Assembly: GCA_950097015.1 (NCBI GenBank)
Contig: CATNEN010000008.1
Location: 3,286,001 to 3,350,000, forward strand
Length of the DNA stretch: 64,000 nt
DNA from: Macrostomum hystrix
Lineage: Eukaryota; Animalia; Platyhelminthes
Direction of reading: 5' to 3'
The translations under genes were made by a program, and so were the position numbers. Below are positions 21,301-32,502 of the stretch, piece by piece (the first letter of the stretch is position 1; every line of letters starts with the position of its first letter). The notes under the pieces are model-generated. The model ran no database searches and was not told the DNA's origin. It saw only the letters and a list, made by a program, of their open reading frames with translations.

Positions 21301-22449
21301 TACAACCACCCATCCTCCACCCTATTGTTATCTCGTGTGATTGCTGAATCATGCCTGTCTGGCACAATATATATTGATCGAAGGTGCACGGCTAGAGTTT
21401 GCGCTTGTGACTGTCCTGCAACCTGCTCAATGCGTTTGCTTCTGTTCTTCAATTAACCCACGACTTCACAGTAAGGAAGACAGCGGAGAGAGGGTAAGGA
21501 AGACAGCGGAGAGAGGGTAAGGAAAGCAGGGATGAGAGGGTAAGGAAAGCAGGGATGAGATGAGAAGGTAAGGAAGGTAGGGATGAGAAGTTAGGGAAAG
21601 CAGGGATGAGAGGGTAAGGAAAGCAGGGATGAGATGAGAAGTTAAGGAAGGCAGGGATGAGAAGTTAGGGAAAGCAGGGATGAGAGGGTAAGCATGATAA
21701 TAATAATAATTGCAGGAGGACTGGGGGCAATGGCACATCATTTGGTGACACTAGACCCGCAGCTAGCGAGGAGGCAATCCCGCCCATTTCGCTGACTCCT
21801 GAGCACACACACTCACACAGCCACCGTACGCAGACACACGCTCACACAGGTGTGTACATCTGCCCTGACTTTCTCATCGTCAGTCACTTCACTGTGCCTT
21901 GGAGGTTGGCCCTAAAGGGCGGAAATTGCACGACAAGCCCCCAAAGCCTTCTCTCCGCGGCTGCGCCCCAAATAAATGTGGCCTCGGGAGGCACTTAGGA
22001 AGGATAAACTTAGGGAGGCACCTTGGTGCGAGAGGCAAACGCGTTAACTGCTCTGCCGCCGACCCCCCTGAGGGTAAGCAAAAGAGGGTAAGACATTTTG
22101 AAGAAAGGCAGGGAAGAGACGTTAAGGCAAAGCAGTACTGATCAGCCCTGACTGGCTGCATAGTTACCAGCTTGGCTGTTGACAGCGAATTGTCTCCAGC
22201 GCTGGTACAGCTGCCTATCCGGGTGCTTGGCCAACAGTCGGCAGACAACAGCAGACATGGCAGCCAGCTGGTCAGTGCTGGCTCCGCAGTCCAGCAGTTT
22301 GGACAGAGCCCGGTGTGTCACGGCCGAGCAATTGGCAGCCGAGGAGGCGTTGGCAACAGCCAGCAGGGTGGTTGGAGACCTGTTCATGGGCTCGGTGTCC
22401 AGGGCGTACTGTGCCAAGCTGAGGAACAGTTGGCTAGGCGAGCTGGGTT

Positions 22450-22483
<34 letters not shown>

Positions 22484-22912
22484 CAAATGATGCAGGGCCC
22501 TGATTAGCCAGGTGTTGTGCTGACCGAGTCCGAAATTCCATCGGGTGGCCTCCTGGGTGAAGAATTTCTGCAGGTTGGCAGCCTCTGTCGGATTCAATTG
22601 ACAATGAGCCGCGGCAGTAAGTGCCTCCACCAGGTGAGTCTCGGGCCTAATCAGGACTGAGGAATTCGAGTAGCGATTCCGCAGGTCTGCCAGCAGGCTG
22701 GCGCCGTTATTGTTGCCAGAGATTGACTCTGTGACTGGATGGGTGGCTTGGGTGTCATCTGATGACAATGGCGGCAAGAATTGAAAGCTGGGCCGCTGAC
22801 CAGAAGAATGACCGCTGCTAGCAAGGCGGGCAGGCAGTGCCAGGCAGACAGGTGAGCGAGCCTTCGTTAGGAGAATCGATCTGAATGCTGCATGCATTGC
22901 TAATCTCTGCAA
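18357..22912 (-). CDS. PRORP: Mitochondrial protein-only RNase P catalytic subunit (PRORP/MRPP3), 6 exons, about 677 aa
   Basis: Exons 22912-22168, 21090-20912, 20815-20554, 20104-19839, 19760-19608, 18785-18357 (2034 nt, phases consistent). Arg/Ser/Ala-rich transit-like N-terminus; Zn ligands CPVC..MH..WQC; NYN nuclease motifs FDLVIDGSN, SSDDLLALHAAL, SKDYFRDH. Confidence 0.88.
18868..19560. repeat. 33-bp minisatellite in PRORP intron 5
   Basis: CAGTCTAG(C/T)CCCTGAA(T/G)AATCAGGGGTG(GTGGA/AGGAA); period 33 at 18868/18901/18934. Confidence 0.95.
20125..20420. repeat. ~30-bp degenerate minisatellite in PRORP intron 3
   Basis: Repeated GGGTCATGGGAGTCATTGGAGGGTCATAGC-like units. Confidence 0.85.
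21470..21692. repeat. Purine-rich tandem repeat in PRORP intron 1
   Basis: GAGAGGGTAAGGAAAGCAGGGAT-like units. Confidence 0.85.
21697..22070 (-). mobile_element. SINE family A, copy 2 (PRORP intron 1)
   Basis: Collinear with 2326-2700 (GGCACATCATTT..GACCCGCAGC..ACAGGTGTGTACATCTG..GACAAGCCCCCAAAGCCTTCTCTCCGCGG), with TAA-repeat tail. Confidence 0.8.
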
Positions 22913-24388
22913 CTGAAATAGTTAGCACAAAATCATGCAACTAGTAGGCTTGATATGCATACTGAATTAGTGTTAATAACAGGCACTAAAACCCTATATC
23001 TAAAAAATTCATTTACCTCAAATGAACCTAATTTTTTCTAATTTAATTGATAGTAGCTAGTGTACTAGACTCATGCCTTGAAGGTTAGTTGTTCAATTCT
23101 TGACTCCAAATTGAGGCAAGTTATAGTAAATGATCCTTAGGCCTATATTATTTATTTATTTTCTTTTATGTAATTTAGTTTACCTAAATTATTTAGATAA
23201 AAGAAAGAAATGTTTCACGCTAACCACAATTTAATAAATTGTATTTAGTTGGCTAGACAGTTGTTTTATTGTTGTAGTGCTTATTCTAAATTTACACTCT
23301 CTTTATAATTCAAATTCTCCTCTTAGTAATTAATTGGCCTAGCTTCCTCACTAGTCACCCAAAGTGACCTAGGCAATCATTATTCTGCACCCCTTTTTGG
23401 GTGGACTGATACAAACTACTGATAGTTTGGGTAGCATGGCTCTTAACATGATAACTCTGGCCTTTTGCCAGTAATATTCTAGATCTTAGATCTAGGCAAT
23501 TCTGGAGACACTGCTCTCAGGTGATTCGGACACTAAGTCAGATAATTCAGGCTCTTTGGCCAGTCTGTACTCTGGCTTTCCCTGAATTGGATTGTTCACA
23601 ACTTCCACTTACTTAAGAAATAAGTAAGGCTTTTTAAGATTGCTCATGAGGAGATTTGAACTGTTTCTACAATAGGCTTCAAAACAGTTGTCTTTCCCTA
23701 GTAAAGTTGGTTTATATTTATAGTAGGGTAATGTATCATCAACTGAAAAGTGTATCTTCAAAACCGAACAAGAATTTTGACTCCTTCTTTGGTCTCATGC
23801 AAGACAGAAACAAGCTATTGTGTTTCACAGAACAACTAATTTGAAAGTTGTAGAAATTATCTACAATCTGAGGCATGATGTGCAATGAAGCATTAAGAGG
23901 AAAGAAAGATTTGATGTTTCAGTAGAAATTTTTATTGCAAAAGCATACTTTTTAACAACATTTTTTCAGTATGTACTTTAGACAAAGATTGTATGTGGTT
24001 GCTTGCCAATTAAATGACCATAAATGTAGTTATTTATAGAGCATGAAAAATGCTTTCAAATGACATAATTCATGATAGTTCACTCCTTAAAATAAGATTA
24101 AACCACTCACTCAAATTGTAAAACCAAACATCAAATTCTCTGTTTGGTTTGAAGATACATGAAAATCATTGTTCGGTTTTAGATAAAAAGCAAGAATAAC
24201 TTTTTTTCTATTTGATAAAATAGCAAAAGCAGATACTTTTTAGAAAGATGTAACTGTTTTCTATAACTTGGCTTTTGATTTATCATCATATCTTAAATAG
24301 AAAATCTGTAGCTTAGGTTTGAAGTAAAAAAATACACATTCTTGTTTGGTTGATGATACATTACCCTAATTGGTTCCTAATATGATAA

Positions 24389-27300
24389 GGGTAAATCTCA
24401 CCAAGCAGCATCGGAATTTGTCCTCTTAAAAAATTCTCGAAAAAAACACATGTAATAGCTCTAAAATATTTATTTCCATCAACAGAATGTAGTTTGCATA
24501 CTAAAAGCACAAAATATTAAAGTCTTATGCTTGAAAATTACTTTTTGTTTTTCTGGAGAAACGTACATCACGACTGTTACAAATAAATTATAAATCGTCC
24601 TTTTAGCAGATATTATCGAATGGTATAACTAATTTGCACTTAAAAAAGACTAACTAAACCTTTTTGTTGCTGAAGTATTTTTTGATTACTAGTTTTTTTG
24701 TTTTTCTCCTTGATCTATGGACTCAATATTATTTAACGTTGGTAGTTCGCACAAGCTAATTATAACTTACATCTTAATTATAGCTATTAAGATGAAAGCA
24801 GATATGCCAACTCAAAGCCGAACAGAAGTCTTTTAGCTTAATGAAATACATTTTACCTCTGTTAGATTACATAGATAAAATCTTTCGAGAGAATATTATT
24901 GTTTGTTCTATCTGCAGAAAAAGATAAAAATCGATTTTTAAAAGAAAGTAACCATCCTAGATCCTATAGGCTATAGATGGAAGACTTTAGATTTTTCTGT
25001 TCTAAAGTGTAAAGCTGAAGCATAAGCTTTGCAAATGAATTAGTGAAATTATTTTATAGAAATTATAATGGTATTGAACAGAAGCGGGACAGAGTGATTA
25101 GAAAAATTATTAATTACATACAAAAATCGCAAAAGCAGCATATATATCCATAGAACAAATCAATGGAACAAAGTTTTCAGTTCTCTAGAAATTGAGAGTA
25201 TATTCAGAATATTGGGAATATTTAAAAGCAAACAACTAATGTCATTGTCTACTGATGATTACAAATAGAGAGAAGGGAAATGGACCTATAGTTCATGTTT
25301 GTGCTGAAGAAATCCACTATAAATGTGCTTTATGACATAAATCAAAATTGGACTTGTCTATCAATTAGACTGATATAAAACTGATATAAAATCTACATAC
25401 TGTACTAGGACATTCACTGCATGATTATGCTCAATAGATTCATTTATTTGGATAAAATAAATGCACGAATATAAATTACTATGAAACCCAAAACAATTTA
25501 CCTGTTTAAATATTTAAACAGGCAGCACCAGCTACGGAACGAGACTACACTCGTTGCAGGGAAAGAACTCTACGGGAAAGCCCCCGAGGAAAAATTTCGT
25601 AGACCTGGTGTAACCCATAAATACAAATAGCAGTGCTCATGTGTGACAAGTCTATGACATCATTTTTTCAGTATCGAAATTGTTATTTAAAATCATGGTT
25701 ATTCTACTAGACGCAAGAGACAGTTAACTTTCTCGAACGACACAGGCAGGTGTGCAATAGAAACTCGAAGGCACTGGAGTTCCGGGCTCAATGCCGATAC
25801 ACACGCAGTGGTACCAACGCAAGCATCCTTCGCACTCAATCCACGTGATGGTGCCGATTGGCTTTGAACAGTCGTCAGCCGCACACGAGTCACTCGCTTC
25901 AAAGCCACTTCGGCGGCCGCGACCAAGACCTCGACCACGACTTCGGCCACGACCTCGACCACGGAAACTGCCGCTACAAATGGAGCTTGATGATGGCTCT
26001 TGTGGCGGTCTAGGATTCCAATGTGCTGTACAAGAGCTGGTCGCCGTCACATGAAACATTGACCACAGCTTGGCGTCGTGACAGGGACAAGCAGGGTCTA
26101 TAGTGTCGCACAGGCAGGCAAGCTGCCGATAGATTAGACCCTTCTCATTGCGGCAAACGTGATGGGCCTTGGCGATTCCCAGCATCGGAGTCAGCTGCGT
26201 CAAAGAAAGAACAGTGCGGAACTCGTCTATCTGTGTCGGATCAATGAGGAAAAGCAGCACATTGATGGGTTTCCGTCCAGAAACAGCCGCCAGGACATCT
26301 TCCGGCTCCAACACGCTTCTACCGGTAGCCACCACCTCGTCACACCGCCGCTTAATAACTGCTCCAACGCCGTCTGCTGCACTTTTTCCATGTCCGGCTT
26401 CTGTGTACAGCCATTGCCACTTGTCAATTCCACGCTTTCGCAGCAGCCGATCGATGATGAAAACCGAAAATCGATTGCGATACTGACTGCTTGGGGAGTC
26501 TGAAATGACAGTGACTCTTTCTAGGCAACCTGGTGTCAACGTTTCGAAGTGGTTGAGTACAGGCTGCAAATGAGCGGCGACGGCCTCAGCTGTCTTTCTC
26601 CTATCTGCAGAGAGTGTCGCAAAGCAGCGTGGTGGCTGGTTGTACATGTACGCGACTCCTTGGTGGATGGTCACCTCCTTATGGGATCCGAAGTGCGCCC
26701 CCTGTGAGATGTGCATTTTAGAATATTTAAATTAGCATTTTCAATGCTATTAATTATTCGTCTAGACTTGCCATCCAATGCATCTGCCTCAAAGCATTAC
26801 CTCCTTATGCCTCCAACATAATTGTAGACGCTGACCACAGAATTAAAGCGACCCTATCAATATCTACAATTCGCCACACGACCATGACGCTAAACATTGA
26901 AATATTTCTCATTCACACCTGTATAACATGATTGCCCGCAGTGTTTGACACCAGTCCGTTAATAAGCGGTAATGAGCGTTAATAACTTAAACGAAACACC
27001 GTCATTCATTTCTATAAATAACGGAATATGTTTTTTGTGTTAGCGAAATTCTCTGTGAATGAGCTTAGCCAGGATTCCCATCTAAAGCCAATCAAAGACA
27101 GAGACTCGAAGCACATATTAATTTTTTTTCACCTGTACCTCCGAGCCGTGCTTGCCAAGGTAACTTTCAGAGAAATCGATGTGAATGACTAGATGTCCAG
27201 GTTCCAAATTCGATTTCACGTGCCTGATAGCTCGAAACTGGTGCCGAATTCTCATGTTATGTTGACAGAAGTGCCAGAAGTCGTCTATAAACTTTGCAAC

Positions 27301-29548
27301 AACGACAGCTCTCTCCTCCGTGACTCGCACTAATTCCATACCACAAAAGGCATCCGACTTCTGCAGCTTCCATGCGCGGTAGGTGATGCTCGGTCCTGTG
27401 GCAACAGCCTTGTTAATTGGCACTTTATCCCTGCACTTCACACACTTCTGCATTAGGCACTCTGAGTTATAGTCGGAGCACAGGACACGCTTCAACAACG
27501 ATAACTTGTTCGCTGCCGGCACCAACTTCTTGGCCCAGAGAGCTTTCACTAGAAGATCGAAGTTAGTGCACTCCATGCAGAGACACTGGTCACGATCAGA
27601 GAGCCGTGGACGCACAATGTGCCACGGGCGCCAGCGGTAGAAGGTCGCTCTGCTGACGTTGAGGTGCAGGTTCGGGTTCTCAGACAGAAACTTCGCGTAT
27701 AGCCCTTGTATACTATCCAGCAAGTAGCGTTTCTGCCTCCTCTGCTTCCGCATTGTGCACGTGTCCTTTTTAGATGCCGACGCTCGTGAGTTGTCATCGC
27801 GGCAGTAGAAGGCAGTTACAGTGCCGATTAGCGACGGCAGTCTCTTGCGTGCTCTATGTCGGTGCTGGTGCTTTTTCCTGTGCAGCGAAGCCTTCGCAGC
27901 AGATGGGACGGATGCAGATGCACTAGCAAAGCCAACAGTGCCAGAAGTAACAGCAGCCCGCTGTGATGTGCGTCGCCGATAGTCAGCTTTTTGAAGGCAG
28001 CTCAGCTGCCGTTTTAACTTTTCTAATTCGCTCAATTTTGCAGCGGCAGCAGCTTTTCGGCGGCAGGCCTCTCGTTTTTTGGCAGCCTCAGACTTAGTCT
28101 TCGTCCTTTTCGTCCTCGTAGGTTCAGCGTGAGCCTGCCGTTTAAGGTCGTTTACCTGCAGCCTCCTAAGCGACTCCGCCTCTGCGTCCTCTCTTGAAAG
28201 CCCATGCTGCCTATGTAATTGGCACTTTGTTACTAGGAAGCACTGGCGACGATGGTAGCCGTCAGGATCTTCCTTCAATTTCTGGGATCTATAGGCCCTC
28301 ATCTGTATACGACGCGTGGCTATTTTGCTTGGCATGCTCCTGCAACACGTGCAAAGCATGCATGAAAAAAAGTTATTTTTTATTTGCAATTTTTTTCTAC
28401 ATTTTCTTGTCTTACAAACTTACAAGTCTAGCTACATCCATTCCTTATGAATATGTATGCTGACAATGAATGTAGCCACGCTGCATCATTTATTAGCAAT
28501 GATAATAAAGTAATATTACAAGCTGAAGATAATTTAAAGATGTGTAGCTGTCCATGTTCATTTTTATATTCTCTTATAGCAATAAATGAAACTTGACTTT
28601 AAATTTCCATTCAATTCATAGGCTAAAAGTATCACAATATAAGAAAAAAATAATTTTTTGCAGCACACACAAAAAATGTAAGGTTTACTGCGTTACTGTG
28701 TACAAAAGTTTCATTATCTATATATCAGCTTTCAATTTGGTAATCAAATTCTCAATTATAAAGAGTCCTTGGTGCCATTATATGATTTATTAAACAAAAA
28801 AACAACTATTTTGCTACAACCGGTGTCACTAAAAAAATACAGTTACGTTATTCAAAGAAAGAATGGCAAAGGATCACGGGCCTATGACATATTGGCATTT
28901 ATAAATAGCAGAAAGGTCTTTATTTTCTTTGGATGCCTTGACGTGTGTGTTATTAAAGTCTGTTTTGTGCTCATAAAGCAGCACTCAATATATACATTAA
29001 TTAGAAATTCTTGGCTTACATTATATGTGGTGTGACAATTTTTTTGTCAAAGACTCTCCAAGAGGTTGTGAAGCTGTAAATAAAAACTATTGCGCATTTT
29101 AAAAAATTTCTCTTGTTTAATGCACTTTCAGATTGGTAATTTAGAAGAGCAATTTTTATTTAGCAATTTCGTATAAATGACACCGATGACTAATAACAGT
29201 AGAATCAAGTAATTTAATTAATGTTTTGTGGTAATCTAGTTTCTTCTCACATATTCCCGTATACATACTTTATCATTAGACTCGTTATCATTACTAATTT
29301 CCTGCCTAAAGTCCAAAATCGTGGCTCGGACACGCGTCGCTTATTAATTTTTCTGTTGAATTTTCGCAAAATGTGTCACTAATATCGAGCAGATTAGGAA
29401 AAATTAAATGCTTTGACATTAAAAACATCAATTTAGATTTTTAACAGTAAAAATATACCCATTTGACATTTACTTGCCGTTACATCAAAAGTACTGTTAC
29501 ATCTGCAACTTTGTTATAATCTTCGGAAATGCAATTTGAGATTTACCC
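24389..29548 (-). mobile_element. Sola2-type DNA transposon, apparently full length (5160 bp)
   Basis: Perfect 12-bp TIRs GGGTAAATCTCA (24389-24400; reverse complement 29537-29548) and 4-bp TSD ATAA (24385-24388, 29549-29552). GRG termini plus a 4-bp TSD fit Sola2. Encloses a spliced transposase. Confidence 0.85.
25724..28389 (-). CDS. DDD/E transposase (Sola2-like) with C-terminal PHD finger, 2 exons, up to ~744 aa
   Basis: Exons 28389-27133 and 26701-25724 join in frame as IHIDFSESYLGKHGSEVQ|GAHFGSHKEVTIHQGV; further motifs VISDSPSSQYRN and TEAGHGKSAADGVGAVIKR; PHD C..C..WIECEGCLRWYHCVCIG..FYCTPAC. Confidence 0.85.
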
Positions 29549-30169
29549 ATAAGTGTTATATCTAGTATATTTGCATCATTTAAACAAATTAACATTGGTA
29601 AAATATTATTACTATACACTAAAATATTTTCAGTGCTAATTTAAACTAGCCTATTGCATTATAAAAAAGAACAATAACAATAAACAATATTATAAACCTA
29701 TAAAATTGTTAGTGCATTTTGGTTTGTGAAAAAATATGTGGAATTACTTAATTTATTAACATATTAACTAGTCAATAAAGAAGTTTATTAATTATATTGG
29801 AAGTATATAATATTTTTACTAATTAGCACTGTTTAGGCACCATTAACAATTCATCTTCTATGCTATAAAAAGTGTAAACTATAAAAAAGAAAAATTAATG
29901 TTTTAATTAAACATTTGTAAAAATAATTTAAATTTTAAGCTTCTTTATCTTTAAATGAATTTTAATTTCCTTTGTACTGAAACAAAAAATACTAGACAGT
30001 AGGCCTACAGAAAACTTTTACCACTTTTTAACTTTTTAAGAATCCTGCTTTGAAGTTAAATAAAGTTTGAATCAAGTTTTTAAGAACAAAGAGAAGTTGC
30101 AGTGGAGTAGTAGTGTATGTGTAGGTCTGTAGGCTACAACCTCTAGTAATTGTAGCCTAGAGGTTTGAG

Positions 30170-30482
30170 GTTGTAGCCTAGTGGTTAGAACATCGGACTC
30201 ACAACTTAAAGGTCGAAGGAAGGTTGGACTCACGACTCCACTGGAACAATTTGTGTCCTTTAGCAAGACACTTAACTCTGCATTGCTTCAGTTCACCCAG
30301 CTGTTAAATGGGTAGCAGCATCAGCTGGGATAATTGAGGGTGGGTGTGGCATCCCCCCAGTCCATGGACTGAACAGCCGTATGCAGCCTTCAGATGCGCC
30401 GCGCAATAGCTGAGGCTGTGCTGTCGGCTGCACATCTGACCCAATTGGGACAGGTGTAGTCAATTATTATTAATTATTATTA
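30170..30482 (+). mobile_element. tRNA-derived SINE family B (CORE-like central domain), copy 1
   Basis: TAGTGGTTA A box; TGTGTCCTTTAGCAAGACACTTAACTCT..CAGCTGTTAAATGGG resembles the MIR/CORE consensus; (TTA)n tail; sister copies at 32150 and 50530. Confidence 0.78.
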
Positions 30483-32149
30483 GGTCTGTAGGATAAGGAA
30501 CTATGTATCTATGTGAAAGTTTTTTATTTGTATCAAAATTATAATATATGTTTATAATATCTCAGCTTGGGCTACAGTTCAGACTCAATGATAATAATAT
30601 AAAAAGCGAAAATTTAAACACATTAGGCTTAAGAACAAATAACTAATTTTTTTGAAAAGTCATTTGAAACTACTAGGCCTTCTTTATGTTAACAGGCTAG
30701 TTAACCATGAGGCTAGACTACGCAGTCTAGTGTCTAGGCCTAGCCAAGCTAGCTGCTTAATAGACATGCTTACAAGCGGAAATTCCATATGAAAATTCCT
30801 AGGCCTAGGCCTAGTCGAAACTTTAGGCCCAAGACATCGATGCATCTACAGACAGACACCAATGCTAGCTAACATAAAGAGCTATAAACTTTTAGTTCTT
30901 TTTTTGCTTAATTGCAGGGGGCCTGGGGCACTTGACGCACAAGCGCAATGAACTTTTAGTTCATTAGCCATTCATTACCTTGGCACTAATGAGTTACACA
31001 TTAAAAAGTCAAGATTGAAATTAGTCAGTCGCCACATTTACATTCAAACCAAACCGTCACGCTGCTGCGCGCAAAGTGAATTTTTAAGATTACATTCAGC
31101 TAGCGGCACAGAACACCAAGATTCTATTTAGATTTTTTATATTACCTTTTTTAAGAGTCCATGCCGCTGGTGCTGAAATCAATTTCTAAAGTTTGTTATA
31201 TACATTGTGCGATACAAATTAATGGTCATAAATTAAAATGTGTTTATTCCATGAACATAAGTCCTGTTAAGCAAAAAACGAAAAATTTCTCAACAGGTTC
31301 TTAAAGCCAAAAATGTTTTCCTTGATAAGTTTAATTGCTCAAAAATATTTTTTTCAGTTTTCTGTTTGTCTCAGTTTAATTGAAAATGTCAACAGGAAGT
31401 CGTGGACTAATTCATATAGTAAATCCAACTTGCATGACAAATTTTTTATTTTTTTTATTTTTAATACTTCTTAAAAAAGAAGTATTTTTTAAGTACTTTT
31501 AATTGAATTCTAGGACTATTGTAGCTACACAAGTTAGGCTGTTGTTAATCTATTTATACATTTATTCAGCCATGTTTGTTCAAGTCAAATTGCTACATTT
31601 TATAAAAATACAACATGTTGTTTAGACCTTAGTGGAACCAGTATTATTCTTTTAAGTTGATGTTATTTTCAGGTATTTTTGTGGTCCTGTTAATTATGCA
31701 CTCATAATATAACTATGATTTTACATGTTAATTAGTAAAATACATATACTGTACCTGTATTCATTACAAAATTTCCCAAAATCATATTGCAAATGCAATA
31801 GAGGTATTTTCGCTTCTAAATAGAATAAAATAAAAAATGTATGTAATGTAGATGTAGCTCTAGCTCTATGTAAATGTAGAGCTGTAAAAATGTATTTCTA
31901 AAGTTAACTCCCTCCCTTCTACTTCACAGTTGATTTAAAGAGAAGAAGCTATTTATTACTCATAATCAGTTCCAACATAGTCAATAGCGATAGTGATTTA
32001 TGTAAAATATATCGCTATAGTTATTTCACCTTTGCCTTCTCACAACAGTGAGCCAGGGTGCAGCCTGAGTGGCTGGACTTAATATAGAAAGCTCTCCTGT
32101 AGCTGCTCGGCTCATTGACTGTAAACTCTGCGATGCTGATCAGTTGCTG

Positions 32150-32428
32150 GATTGTGTCCTAGTGGTTACAGCATCGGACTCACGACTTAAATGTTGGGAG
32201 TTCGATATCCGACTCCACTGGAACATTTTTTCATTCAGCAAGACACCTAACTCTGTAGTGCTTCAGCTCACCCAGCTGTTAAATGGTTACCAGAATTAGC
32301 TGTGGTAATTGATGGTTGGTGTGGCGTCGCACAAGTCCATGGACTGAACCGCAGTAGTAAGCAGCATTCAGATGCGCCGTGCAATTGCTGCGGCTGTGCT
32401 ATCGGCACGATCCGTGACCCATTTTTTT
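32150..32428 (+). mobile_element. SINE family B, copy 2
   Basis: A box TAGTGGTTA, B box GAGTTCGATATCC, body collinear with copy 1. Confidence 0.8.
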
Positions 32429-32502
32429 CTTGGAACATAGTGTTCTACATGAATCCTGGTTGATGAGCTCATGCCGACTATCAATGTACCAACTGGTTGC
32501 AG

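Noticed and set aside
30170-30250. tRNA gene candidates at SINE heads
   Set aside because: A and B boxes are present, but there is no complete cloverleaf and they continue into multi-copy SINE bodies.
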